A stretch of DNA of 57,775 nucleotides from a virus (lineage: Duplodnaviria > Caudoviricetes): positions 1 through 57,775 of IMG/VR virus record IMGVR_UViG_3300031654_000003; one strand, written 5' to 3'. The notes beneath the pieces were generated by a model. It worked only from the letters and a program-made list of their open reading frames with translations, made no database searches and was not told where the DNA came from. Made by a program: the position numbers and the translations under genes. Shown here piece by piece: positions 35,401-43,661 of the stretch (position 1 is its first letter; each line of letters opens with the position of its first letter).

Positions 35401-36994
35401 TTTTAATGAGATTGTTCACCACATCAACGGTGTCAGGACTGATAATAGAATTTCTAATCTCCGGTTGATGAAGAGAGGCGAGCATACTACGCATCATAGA
35501 GGTTTGAGTTGGGATATCGAAATCGCTAAGTCTCTTATTTCCAGTGGACAAACTCTTGCCAAAGTTGCTAATAGATTTAATATCACCAGCCAAGCGATTC
35601 AGAGTGCTTTTCGTGTAAGGGGCATTAATATTAGGAGTTTGAGAAATTAATGCTTCTTTTTCCTCATCGGCAGTCGGGGCGGGCTTTTCAACAAGGGGCT
35701 TTCCTTCGACAACGCCTTTTTCTTGTTCCGTTATAATTTCAGGTTGTGGCGGAAAGCCCCGTTTCGCCTCTGCTATTTGCTCAAGGCCAGTTACAGGCTT
35801 TGATAATTCTTCTAATGCTCCCCGTCTTGGCACATAAACCCGTCTGCCTTGTTCTGTGATAACCTTGCCCCTTTCAAGAGGCGGCCTTGGTGCTTCTGGG
35901 GCTATCTTGGTAGGCTCAAGAGGAGTTCGCAAGCCTACGCCTCGCTGCACAACGGGAACAGGCATTGTGGGGGCTGTTTTAAATGTTGGAGAAACTCTGG
36001 CTAATGGGTATTTGCCGAATCCTTTAACTTTAACCTGCTCTGCGGGTATTGGTGCTGGCTTGGCCTCTGCCGCCGTGCCGAATCCGGCATATTTTCGCAT
36101 TACTCTTTCCCATTCAGCAGGATTGCCCTGCTTTTTAAGATTTAAGGCTTTGTTTATCTCTGCTCTTGCCTGAGTTCGTGCTCTTACTGCATGTTCAGAG
36201 GCCGAGACACTCTGGTCGAAGGTTTCAACGCCCCGTAAGAAACTAACAAGCTTTTGTAATCCTACCTCACCCGCTCCGAACAAAACCCCAACGCCGCCTT
36301 CAAAATGTACGCCCTTCCAGTTTACGGGCTTACCTGTAGAAATCTTCTTTGCGAACTCTTCGGTTGCACCACGCGCACCAAAAGTCAAACCACCGCCAAG
36401 AATTGCCTTTAATGCCTGCCGTGCCGGTATCTTTGAAACACCCACACCTATTAACTTGCCTACTTGTCGCAGGCTTGTAGCGAATTTAACCATCTCGGCA
36501 GCACTCATCTCTCGCGGTGTAGGTTCGAAACCAGTTATTTTGTTTACAGCCTCACTCAAAGTATCAGATTCGGAAATCTTGCTTGTTACTACATCGGGAA
36601 GGTAAAGACCTAAACCGCTTACGGCAGAGGAAAGATAATGAAGTCCCAATCTGCCAAGTCTTTTGCCGCCTTCATAGCCTGGCATTTTTTCAAGAGTGCC
36701 GGATAATTGGAATTTTATCTTTTCTTTCAGGTCAGGACTCCATGCTTTAATCTCTTGCTCACCCTCTGTCGGCCATGTTCCCGTATAGCCTGTTCCACCG
36801 AAAGATACCCTTCTTCCCTGAGTTAAATCAGAGAATCGGCCTTGTGGCTTTTCTTCAGGAGCTTGAACCTGCTTAGCCAAATCAGGGTCTTCAAGCCAGT
36901 TCTGGGCGATTTTGGCAATACCGGCAAAGTCCTGTTCAGGCTGTAGCGTAGGTGTTACAGCTTTGGTTTTGGTAAGGTCGCTGAATCGTCCCAT
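32474..36994 (-). CDS. Large internal virion/DNA ejection protein (1506 aa)
   Basis: Size, helical composition, last of three genes after the nozzle in podovirus order. Confidence 0.75.
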   Translation of the reverse strand: MGRFSDLTKTKAVTPTLQPEQDFAGIAKIAQNWLEDPDLAKQVQAPEEKPQGRFSDLTQGRRVSFGGTGYTGTWPTEGEQEIKAWSPDLKEKIKFQLSGTLEKMPGYEGGKRLGRLGLHYLSSAVSGLGLYLPDVVTSKISESDTLSEAVNKITGFEPTPREMSAAEMVKFATSLRQVGKLIGVGVSKIPARQALKAILGGGLTFGARGATEEFAKKISTGKPVNWKGVHFEGGVGVLFGAGEVGLQKLVSFLRGVETFDQSVSASEHAVRARTQARAEINKALNLKKQGNPAEWERVMRKYAGFGTAAEAKPAPIPAEQVKVKGFGKYPLARVSPTFKTAPTMPVPVVQRGVGLRTPLEPTKIAPEAPRPPLERGKVITEQGRRVYVPRRGALEELSKPVTGLEQIAEAKRGFPPQPEIITEQEKGVVEGKPLVEKPAPTADEEKEALISQTPNINAPYTKSTLNRLAGDIKSISNFGKSLSTGNKRLSDFDIPTQTSMMRSMLASLHQPEIRNSIISPDTVDVVNNLIKIKFPTKISLHDKSMNKEPFLVNADGSISLRIDTADSLMKDIASATTKLKLRTFKSIRNSLDNLATSGTLDILSLPYEQTTTPVGAESASIALENRRAAMNKPATISTKAISHIVNIPQGKVESNINVLGEYKKSQEALAAMPQAKEKPAEGAREKEIVKVPTETLPSSQANAYEVPASVENEVNEQIKEIKKAAVVRPGFARIPSLAEFQELSSRMKTAFAKLNEPERDIITDVFGAIEKWRAETNKAGMYADWAKMTLKKVPATSKQLEIVDRYLDNPAKYQEQFDQLPDQVKEAGNALKADYEEMKNLAKKEGILQSWVEDYTPHLYKDSQTRLMRTLYPQGGKLGKRFRFGKQRVFKTMDEAESAGLHPITDPILKNAVYKYQLYKTIANRNLIELLKNMEREDGMPLIMGRPRKPEKLKVWENEYQWVNVPGLQRFLYVGEAAEKPMLISMPAKADPEVAKILNDAFSPWVSRGQLTRGYMSIRGRIKRLIMYNPLIHSWNIWSDVFDEVNFNPYKLISVQKRGKVLYKSKDELAERAVSAGLQLQSGYGIAQELRKAMGESATWKEIFKPLNKLEEWSDEHLWQGTVRNAQLGLFEFLTKRIAKEQPKWIQDQVDKVAAHYINTLLGTLPHTWFTKFQREAGSIVFFARNWTFSNIDMVVKAATYGKKGLGMKSLPREEQKRIGKDFTKHLLKGIFGLLFFSNLAQLGFLTATNALKKRKTIKGKPEPLHLTFQNEKGHWYDVDTGLDNNKGQRIYVVAPFFRYIRDYIGWTTEPGKTLYNKLEPMLKHSFEVLFNYSAWQHKQISRKGTPPLEAIKERASYFIKGITPSSVWAGRPGYVPTWPEWVMPFTGTWIRRGAPGGKFTQMMWDFRAELGYEKEKTDQEIDELLQKGDFKSAVETMIKTQRYTTSQGASDRIMQFVVPLNYYWKTMPKSEKLKFMDHLKKEGYTLKDLMEALEKERIEIVGRED
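35031..35059 (+). promoter_or_regulatory. Promoter for nested HNH gene
   Basis: TTGCTT-N17-TATATT with extended -10 TGG; ATG 6 nt downstream. Confidence 0.7.
35066..35650 (+). CDS. Zn-finger + HNH + HTH endonuclease nested antisense in ejection gene
   Basis: Two CxxC..FCSxxC repeats, KGY, HRLIME..LGR, VHHINGVRTDNRISNL, C-terminal HTH. Confidence 0.9.
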   Translation: MANCFCANCGRLVHRRPSVFKGNGRTFCSNRCRGLFIRQRKNIKCTTCGKIIQRIPYRLKRSKFQFCSRTCYILHKRVGSIDSKGYAAICINKKRFFIHRLIMEAYLGRKLNFNEIVHHINGVRTDNRISNLRLMKRGEHTTHHRGLSWDIEIAKSLISSGQTLAKVANRFNITSQAIQSAFRVRGINIRSLRN

Positions 36995-36997
36995 TAT

Positions 36998-37987
36998 TTA
37001 TTCACCTTCTTGCAATCTGCGAAGGATTTCGTTTATGTTGTTCGGGTTAAGGGTTAGAGCTTGCTTTATTTCTTGTTTGTCAATATCCTCAAGGCTTTCC
37101 CAGTACAAACCCAGCTGGCTTGCTTTGGCCTTCTGCTCCGGTGTAAATTTAGGCCATATATCCTGTATCTCTTTGGGTACTTCATAAGCCTTGCTCGGTG
37201 GTTCAAACATTTTCTGGGCTACACTTTCAATGCCGGTCGGCCTTTCTTTTCCTTTTATTCTCTCTCCCAGTCCCGGCCTATCTCTTAGCGATGTTCCTGT
37301 TGGCGCAGTAGTTGTAGGTACTGGTGGTTTTTGCCCGAACATCTCAGGATGTTGCTGATAAAACATTGCAGTAAACGGGTCCATAGATACAGGAATATTC
37401 GTTTCTACTGGCTCTCCCGTATATGGATAATCCATTCGCAACATATTTGTGTCACCCTTAAAGAATTTAGGCGTAGGCATTCTCGGCGTTATATCTAAGT
37501 CGCCATAGCCCATTCGCTGCATAATTGAACGAAAAGCCGGAGATTGCAGAACTTTCGGGTCGATTTTGCTAAAGTCAATCAATTCTCCAAGTTTCTGTTT
37601 TGCCCTTTGTGGTTCTTTTTCCGTCAATTGTTGTAATAGAGCCTGCTCAAGTTCAGAGCCACCACCTCTGGCCGGTGCAAACGGATTTAGCCTGTCAACA
37701 ATACCCCCTAAGCCGGTCGGTCTTTTTGCAGTCATTTCCGAAATGGCACGTAATGCCTCTTGAAGATTAGCTTGCATATCACCTTCTCTGGCAAGTATCG
37801 GGGATACCTGTTGAAACTGCTGCTGAGTTTGCCGCTGCTGCTTGCCTTGACCATAGATTTTTCCTAACATATTTCCAATGGCTTGAGCGAGAAGGAGTTT
37901 GTTTTGTCCTGCATTCTCGCTTAAATCCTGTATTCCGCCACCACCACTAATCGGTAATCTCGGCGTGTAAAAAGGTACGTTTATCAT
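36998..37987 (-). CDS. Internal virion/ejection protein
   Basis: G/Q/P-rich; middle of three-gene ejection block. Confidence 0.65.
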   Translation of the reverse strand: MINVPFYTPRLPISGGGGIQDLSENAGQNKLLLAQAIGNMLGKIYGQGKQQRQTQQQFQQVSPILAREGDMQANLQEALRAISEMTAKRPTGLGGIVDRLNPFAPARGGGSELEQALLQQLTEKEPQRAKQKLGELIDFSKIDPKVLQSPAFRSIMQRMGYGDLDITPRMPTPKFFKGDTNMLRMDYPYTGEPVETNIPVSMDPFTAMFYQQHPEMFGQKPPVPTTTAPTGTSLRDRPGLGERIKGKERPTGIESVAQKMFEPPSKAYEVPKEIQDIWPKFTPEQKAKASQLGLYWESLEDIDKQEIKQALTLNPNNINEILRRLQEGE

Positions 37988-37999
37988 AATTTGGTTCTC

Positions 38000-38824
38000 C
38001 TAACCTGCTCCTGCTGTTCCTGCTGTCGCTGATTTTCCCCCCATTCCTCCTGCTGCCATTGCAGCGATATAAGCAGCCATACCCAAATCTGTCAGCCCGC
38101 CGCCAGTCTTGACGCCGCCTGGGCTATAAGTTGCAAGGGCAAGGGCGGTATCAAGAGGTATCCCTAAGTCTGTAAGCTGCCTAATCCATTCCTGATACTG
38201 GGCATCAAGTCCGGTTTGCTCAACCTCTCTGGGCAAGGCCCCGTACTGCTGGCTTGCTGCTATTCGACCAAGTGGAGCTTGCTCACCATATTGCATAAAC
38301 TCTAAAGCCTGTGGAACTACACCAAGTCTCCGTGCTCTTTCGGCTTCCTGCATCGCACCAAGAGTTTGTGCGATATTGCCAAGGGCGGATTCTTCAAGCT
38401 CTCTTTCCTGCTGCAATCTTCCACCACCGAAAAAAGCATCTCTGGCTGAGCTTGTAGCTGCAAGCCTGTCTTTGGCTCTTTGAAGCTCCCGCTCCAAGTT
38501 GGTTCGATAGGCTTGGTAATATTCTGAAGTGAACGGGTCATATTCCTCACCCAAAGTCTTGGTAAGCTCACTTTCGGCAAGACCATAAAGCGGTGTTTCG
38601 GTAGGCATTCTGCTGCTAAGATACTTATTAAGAGATTCAAGACCAAATTGCTCAAACTCACTCAAAGGAGCAGTAAGCTCACCTGGATATGGTGTACCTG
38701 CCAATGATAATCTCTCTAATGCCCCACCTTTGGCTGCTTCGGCAAGACTGCCCGTATATGCCCTTTGACCAGGAAATGCTTCCGGCAACGCTTCAACTTT
38801 TTCTTTCTTAACTAAAAGTCCCAT
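38000..38824 (-). CDS. Internal virion/ejection (pilot) protein
   Basis: APLSEFEQ.GL, FFGGGR, hydrophobic Gly/Ala C-terminus. Confidence 0.65.
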   Translation of the reverse strand: MGLLVKKEKVEALPEAFPGQRAYTGSLAEAAKGGALERLSLAGTPYPGELTAPLSEFEQFGLESLNKYLSSRMPTETPLYGLAESELTKTLGEEYDPFTSEYYQAYRTNLERELQRAKDRLAATSSARDAFFGGGRLQQERELEESALGNIAQTLGAMQEAERARRLGVVPQALEFMQYGEQAPLGRIAASQQYGALPREVEQTGLDAQYQEWIRQLTDLGIPLDTALALATYSPGGVKTGGGLTDLGMAAYIAAMAAGGMGGKSATAGTAGAG

Positions 38825-38840
38825 CTTTATAACTCCTTTT

Positions 38841-39194
38841 TCAGAACAGGCACAAGCTCACAGTGACATTTGGGGTCGAGCACTTGAACTTAATCACTGT
38901 CGTACTCCAATCGGCAAAATCAGTTGCATCCACGTATGCTATGTCTGCTTTATTTATTTTTATTACCATAAAACCTCTCGGCACTCTTCCGAGGTGGTGA
39001 GATAGTGTCACGGTAGTATCCGCATCTCCCGTATCATCGACAGTTAATTCTTCGGAACGATTAAAAGGAATAGAGGTAATCTTCTTGAGGGCATTGAGAA
39101 TAAATTTTGTAAACTCATCAGCCCAATTTTTTACACCTTCCTGCTCGATATCACTGGTGCTCGGCAGGATTTCCTTGCCGGTCAGTTTTTTCAT
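38841..39194 (-). CDS. Small tail protein
   Basis: VTLSHHLGRVP.GF motif. Confidence 0.6.
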   Translation of the reverse strand: MKKLTGKEILPSTSDIEQEGVKNWADEFTKFILNALKKITSIPFNRSEELTVDDTGDADTTVTLSHHLGRVPRGFMVIKINKADIAYVDATDFADWSTTVIKFKCSTPNVTVSLCLF

Positions 39195-39196
39195 GC

Positions 39197-41149
39197 CTAA
39201 AGCCTTTCACCAGCTTCCTGCCAGTAGAGAATCGCCTTTTCAAATTCTACGTGCTCACTGGATTCGGCGTTTCTAAAGCGGAGCCTGAACTTGCGGCAGT
39301 TTATTTTGAACTTAGTCACTTGCGGAATCTCAAGACTTGTACTGTCATCAAGTGTTGTTAAAAGTGTCCAGCTTTTACCCTTATCGGTAGAGTAATAAAT
39401 TTGAAGGCTTGGCCCCGTATAGTATGTATCAAGACGAACTATCCGTTGGCGTGCCTGCCATTTCGTAAAAACAAAGTCTTTGGTATCGAAATAAGCATCT
39501 ATGGCATTGTCATCATCATTATTCAATAAGGCCGAATACTCATATATATAACCATCTTCATCACCAAAAAGAGTTAAAGGTGTCTGGCTTAGAATGGTTC
39601 GGTCGCCTATCCGCCAGTTCAAATTTCTTATCTTATCGGTCAAGTCCCCTATTGTTGTCGCAGTTTCGAGGAAGTAATAGCCGAATGCGGTCATGGTATT
39701 ATGCAGGCTGTGCTTGAACCACTTGGTAATATCGTAGTTAAAAGACCAGACCAAAGGGGTCGTGAAAAGCCAGTATTCCTTTTGCTCCTCGATGATAAGA
39801 CTGAAACACTTGTTTATATCAGAAGGAATTAGCTTTGAGAAAAGCTCTTTTCTTATCGCTTTTGATATGGATACCGAGTTAATTCCACTAAAAACATAGA
39901 CATCATCCCATCCGAGATAGCCAAGCTCATTTCCTATAATTGAAATCGTTCTGCCTGCGGCACATCCCATCCCCTTCGCCTCACCGTCAAATTCAAATAT
40001 CTCGCTATCACTTGTGGGATAGCCGATAAGAACCGACCTTTCCTTGAATATTATTAAATGGTCATCATCGAGCAGTACCGCACCGGCAACCCAGTCAGAG
40101 CCGGTTAAATCTTTATAGCTTGCATTTCCAGTTGTCCAGTTTTCAGGGTCGGCAGTGTCCGACCATCTGTCTCGCTGATGGTAAGAATCTGAACCTTCTG
40201 TTGTTCTTAATAAGTGCAAATAGGTCTTGAACTGAATTAAATGTTTTGCTAAAGGGGGAGAGCCGCCCAAGTCCTCGAAAGTTGCACCATCATACTTCTT
40301 TATACTATCTATGCCGTTTGAGCATACCCACCACAAATCCGATTCGGTTTTCTTTCGGATATAATCATAGTAAAAATAATCGGCAGCCGTTCCCGTAAAA
40401 CATTTGAAAACCCTTATGTCGTCAATTATTATGTCACATTCCCCGAAGTCCTCGGCGGCCTGCAGTCCTATAGAAGCGATAGAATCCAAGTCGGTCGTGA
40501 GTCCCGACCCATCACGCATATCGAGCAAAACCTCAGTCCATGTATCGGCGGTCAGTGCGGGAAGGTCTATTTCACGCAGCGGTGAATCACAGGCGGCGGT
40601 ATTGTCTATGAGGAATTGCAGTTGGCCGGCTGTAAGGGCAATAGATGATTTTATCCAGAACCGTATGTGGTTATAGCTGCTTATATCCCCTATGGCACTA
40701 TCATGGTATGCCAAAATACCAGTTGTGAAATCAGCATTCGGCGAAATTTTTACCGAATATGTCCCCTCTTTTATATCCGTATCTTCAAGCTCTGAGGTAA
40801 CATTAGCAGAAGCAGTCCAGTTGATTTCGCAGTCATCAATGGATGTATGTTCCGTTAAATAGTCCCAATTCTTCGTTGATGTATTCCATTTATAAATATC
40901 TCTTATTGTCATAGTTAAGAGATACTGGCCGCCAGAGTATTTATAGAACTGGTCAATGCCCATCACTGCACCGGAAAGAGGCAGATTGCCCCCCATCTTT
41001 TTGTAGCCATAGCGTTTTTTGAGCAGACCATCTTCGTAAAAGAAGTTCTGGCAGTCCGTCATCTCAATAGAGGAAATCAGGTCGGATTGCTCATCGTAAC
41101 GGATGCCCCCACGAGGGGCGAGAATCGGTTCTGTCTGTATTGGTTGCAT
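39197..41149 (-). CDS. Tail nozzle/stabilisation protein (P22 gp10/T7 gp12-like)
   Basis: GG...N...DGLLKKRYG, RWSD..DPENW, LIIFKERS, GC, beta-propeller character. Confidence 0.8.
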   Translation of the reverse strand: MQPIQTEPILAPRGGIRYDEQSDLISSIEMTDCQNFFYEDGLLKKRYGYKKMGGNLPLSGAVMGIDQFYKYSGGQYLLTMTIRDIYKWNTSTKNWDYLTEHTSIDDCEINWTASANVTSELEDTDIKEGTYSVKISPNADFTTGILAYHDSAIGDISSYNHIRFWIKSSIALTAGQLQFLIDNTAACDSPLREIDLPALTADTWTEVLLDMRDGSGLTTDLDSIASIGLQAAEDFGECDIIIDDIRVFKCFTGTAADYFYYDYIRKKTESDLWWVCSNGIDSIKKYDGATFEDLGGSPPLAKHLIQFKTYLHLLRTTEGSDSYHQRDRWSDTADPENWTTGNASYKDLTGSDWVAGAVLLDDDHLIIFKERSVLIGYPTSDSEIFEFDGEAKGMGCAAGRTISIIGNELGYLGWDDVYVFSGINSVSISKAIRKELFSKLIPSDINKCFSLIIEEQKEYWLFTTPLVWSFNYDITKWFKHSLHNTMTAFGYYFLETATTIGDLTDKIRNLNWRIGDRTILSQTPLTLFGDEDGYIYEYSALLNNDDDNAIDAYFDTKDFVFTKWQARQRIVRLDTYYTGPSLQIYYSTDKGKSWTLLTTLDDSTSLEIPQVTKFKINCRKFRLRFRNAESSEHVEFEKAILYWQEAGERL

Positions 41150-42210
41150 TAAGGTATTTCCATAACCAATAATTGTGCAGGACAAATAGTTCCATAGGAC
41201 GTTAAGGCGCTTCCGGCATTTTCTCGCGCCTGTAATGTGACTGTATAAGTACCCGCATTCAGACCTGCCTGTTTTGTCTTTATTGGAATTGTGTTGTTAG
41301 ATGTACTAATACTAAGGTCGGCAAACTCTTTTATGTCATGTTCAGTGCCATCATCATAGCAGACTTTTATATCACCTGATTGTGCTCCTCCACCCGCAGC
41401 TAAACCAATTACGGCTTCTACAATCAATGTTCCACCAACCGTTGTAATATCCAAAGTGCAAATAACTTGATAAGATGTAGTGAGAACGACATTTGTTGTA
41501 GATGGCGTAGCTTCTACTACCTGTGATTTTGCCTTTATCTGGTCATCGGTATATTTCTTTATTGATTGTTGTGTGGCAAGTTGTGTGGCCGAATCCGAGA
41601 CCATATCATCTTCATCAAGAACAGCAACGGAATTGGCAACATCAATATCTCCGGCAGAGGCAAACTCAATGGCAACCTTGCTCGGCGCATCGCTATCATC
41701 ACCATCATTAAGGACAATGCGAAAGCGGCCTTTCTGGTCGTCAGAAGTCCCATCGTGTGCAAACTCGATATAACCAAGTGTTGTGACCTCTCCACCGGAC
41801 TGCTCACCTTTGGCTACTATTCTTGACTCTCTGCCGCCATCACCATCTTCCTCCGTTGTGTTGTGTAGGATAGGATATGGGGTTGTACTCTTTCCTAATA
41901 GTAATTGACCGCCTTCCGTTAGCTGTCTTTCGTCACCATCTTCATCTTTCCAGAACAACTCACACTTGCTGTCATCAGAGGCTTTCGCGGCCAAAGCTAT
42001 CTTGTTTTCGGCAGGTGTATCTATAGAAGCTTGTTCCCTGAAAAGGCCAATGTTAATACCAACATCCGTCTCGCCGGTGTTAAAGCCCTCGAACATACCC
42101 TCAAGACGCTCGGCAACATCGACTCGCACACCGACGATAAAGTTGTCTATCTCATAACCGTAATTGTCATTTGTCGGTGTTGCTTCGCTCCAGTCCCGTG
42201 TATATGCCAT
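41149..42210 (-). CDS. Tail fibre/spike-like protein
   Basis: W.EATP N-terminus, DEDDMVSDSATQLATQQSIKKY repeat-type motif, beta-rich C-terminal domain. Confidence 0.7.
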   Translation of the reverse strand: MAYTRDWSEATPTNDNYGYEIDNFIVGVRVDVAERLEGMFEGFNTGETDVGINIGLFREQASIDTPAENKIALAAKASDDSKCELFWKDEDGDERQLTEGGQLLLGKSTTPYPILHNTTEEDGDGGRESRIVAKGEQSGGEVTTLGYIEFAHDGTSDDQKGRFRIVLNDGDDSDAPSKVAIEFASAGDIDVANSVAVLDEDDMVSDSATQLATQQSIKKYTDDQIKAKSQVVEATPSTTNVVLTTSYQVICTLDITTVGGTLIVEAVIGLAAGGGAQSGDIKVCYDDGTEHDIKEFADLSISTSNNTIPIKTKQAGLNAGTYTVTLQARENAGSALTSYGTICPAQLLVMEIP

Positions 42211-42228
42211 TTCTTATTCTCCCAAAAT

Positions 42229-42295
42229 AAAAAACTCCAGAATCCCGATTACTCAGGAAACTGGAGTCTTTTTCAACCTTCCCAGTAGGTCTATT
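42229..42295 (-). terminator. Intrinsic terminator preceded by AATAG-hairpin-TGAAA element
   Basis: GACTCCAG...CTGGAGTT + T-tract. Confidence 0.75.
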
Positions 42296-42312
42296 AAAAA
42301 CTATTTATATTT

Positions 42313-42783
42313 TTATACTATATTCAAATGAGCAAAATCTCCAAAACGTTCTTTGGCTTTTTCATTATAAGTAAGCGCAGCATCTATTTCATTTTCGTAA
42401 TATCCGAGATGTGTTTTTTGTATATAAGCCTCCCATTTTTTACTATTTTTACTCCAACTAACACCTTTATATTGTGAGCTTTTATTTGGCATTTTTATTC
42501 GATTATAATGATTTTGTGCAGTTACACAAATACGCAAGTTTGAACGGCGATTATCAAGACCATTATGATTTATGTGGTCTATTTGAAAGCCTACTGGGAT
42601 TTCAAATAATATTTCACGGTGCATAGTTATAGTTGTATATTTTCCATTTTTATGAATACATCTCATGGCATAGAAAGTATTACGAAATTTTGCTGCACAC
42701 CATTTATATTGATTAATTCTTTCATAATCTTCGTTATCGACTATTGCGAATTTTCCTTGAGTTAGAGGAATTAACTTTGACAT
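42313..42783 (-). CDS. HNH-AP2 homing endonuclease
   Basis: IPLTQGKFAIVD, MHREI, DHINHNGLDNRRSNLR, SQYKGV, HLGYY...AA..YN. Confidence 0.93.
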   Translation of the reverse strand: MSKLIPLTQGKFAIVDNEDYERINQYKWCAAKFRNTFYAMRCIHKNGKYTTITMHREILFEIPVGFQIDHINHNGLDNRRSNLRICVTAQNHYNRIKMPNKSSQYKGVSWSKNSKKWEAYIQKTHLGYYENEIDAALTYNEKAKERFGDFAHLNIV

Positions 42784-42819
42784 CTTACTATCTCCTGTAA
42801 TAGTTCCTGATAATATTTG

Positions 42820-42906
42820 TTGGGGCAGGCCAGTTCAGGATGCACTGGCTTTTCGGGAGCTACCCTATCCCAACCAATATTATAAATTAAACAATTCATT
42901 TGTCAA
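42820..42906 (-). promoter_or_regulatory. Consensus promoter plus structured leader of HNH-AP2 gene
   Basis: TTGACA-N16-TATAAT; nested stems GTTGGGATAGG/CCTGCCCCAAC and GCCAGT/ACTGGC. Confidence 0.75.
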
Positions 42907-42915
42907 TCTTTTTCT

Positions 42916-43650
42916 TTATGGTGCTAAACTCTGTCCGGGTGCGGGCTGTAATCCTTCCTCAATTCCACCCTTCTTTTTTTCATCTTCCACGATCATCTCG
43001 AAAAGTCTCTCTTTGGCTTTATCGTTAAAATATCCTGCAAGTGCATCCTTCGACCACTCAAAACCAAGTGCAGTCGCCTTCCATTCAACTATCTCTGGAT
43101 AATTTTCCGTCAGGTAATTCGTGTCGTCATCGTCAGATAACGTAATAAGATACCCGTAATACTCGAAGTTTATCGTAAAAGCCTCATCGTTATTCGCACT
43201 ATGGTCTGGAAGCGGATAGAACCAAATATCACCCTGGTCTATGCAGTAATGTGATGGAATACCCTTGTCGGCAATATCAACAAATTTTGTTCTCTGCTCT
43301 ATCTCCGACTTGTAAAGTTTCGTTAGCTTCTTTCGACAGTCGTTGTAGTCTATAAGCTCGCAAATCCCATCGCTTTTTTCCGCTTTGAATTTCATAATGC
43401 TACTGGCTGCATCCTCTGTCGGCAGGTCGTATCTTCTCTGCTCATTAACAGTAGAAGCCTCCACCTCCGTCTCAAGAAAGCTAAAATTATGGTTTAAGGT
43501 CTTACCTGTGGGCAGAAGCAGAATACCGTTGCAAACCCAGCGTTGCGCACTATTTATCCATTCGTTCAGTTTTGCCGGAGTAAGATTTACAAAGTCATCG
43601 CCTTCAAGAGCATCATTTACATTTGTTCGTATTTCAGAGAAAGTTGACAT
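42916..43650 (-). CDS. Head-tail adaptor protein
   Basis: TFSEIRTNV...WINSAQR...YDLP...G.P..Y...IWFYPLPD. Confidence 0.8.
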   Translation of the reverse strand: MSTFSEIRTNVNDALEGDDFVNLTPAKLNEWINSAQRWVCNGILLLPTGKTLNHNFSFLETEVEASTVNEQRRYDLPTEDAASSIMKFKAEKSDGICELIDYNDCRKKLTKLYKSEIEQRTKFVDIADKGIPSHYCIDQGDIWFYPLPDHSANNDEAFTINFEYYGYLITLSDDDDTNYLTENYPEIVEWKATALGFEWSKDALAGYFNDKAKERLFEMIVEDEKKKGGIEEGLQPAPGQSLAP

Positions 43651-43661
43651 ATCAGTTCACC

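Noticed and set aside
34980-35700. Intein or intron explaining the nested HNH
   Set aside because: No HN-C/S/T intein end or group I/II core seen, and the nuclease is on the opposite strand
32474-36994. Tape measure protein
   Set aside because: No tail tube, terminator or chaperone genes; order fits podovirus ejection proteins
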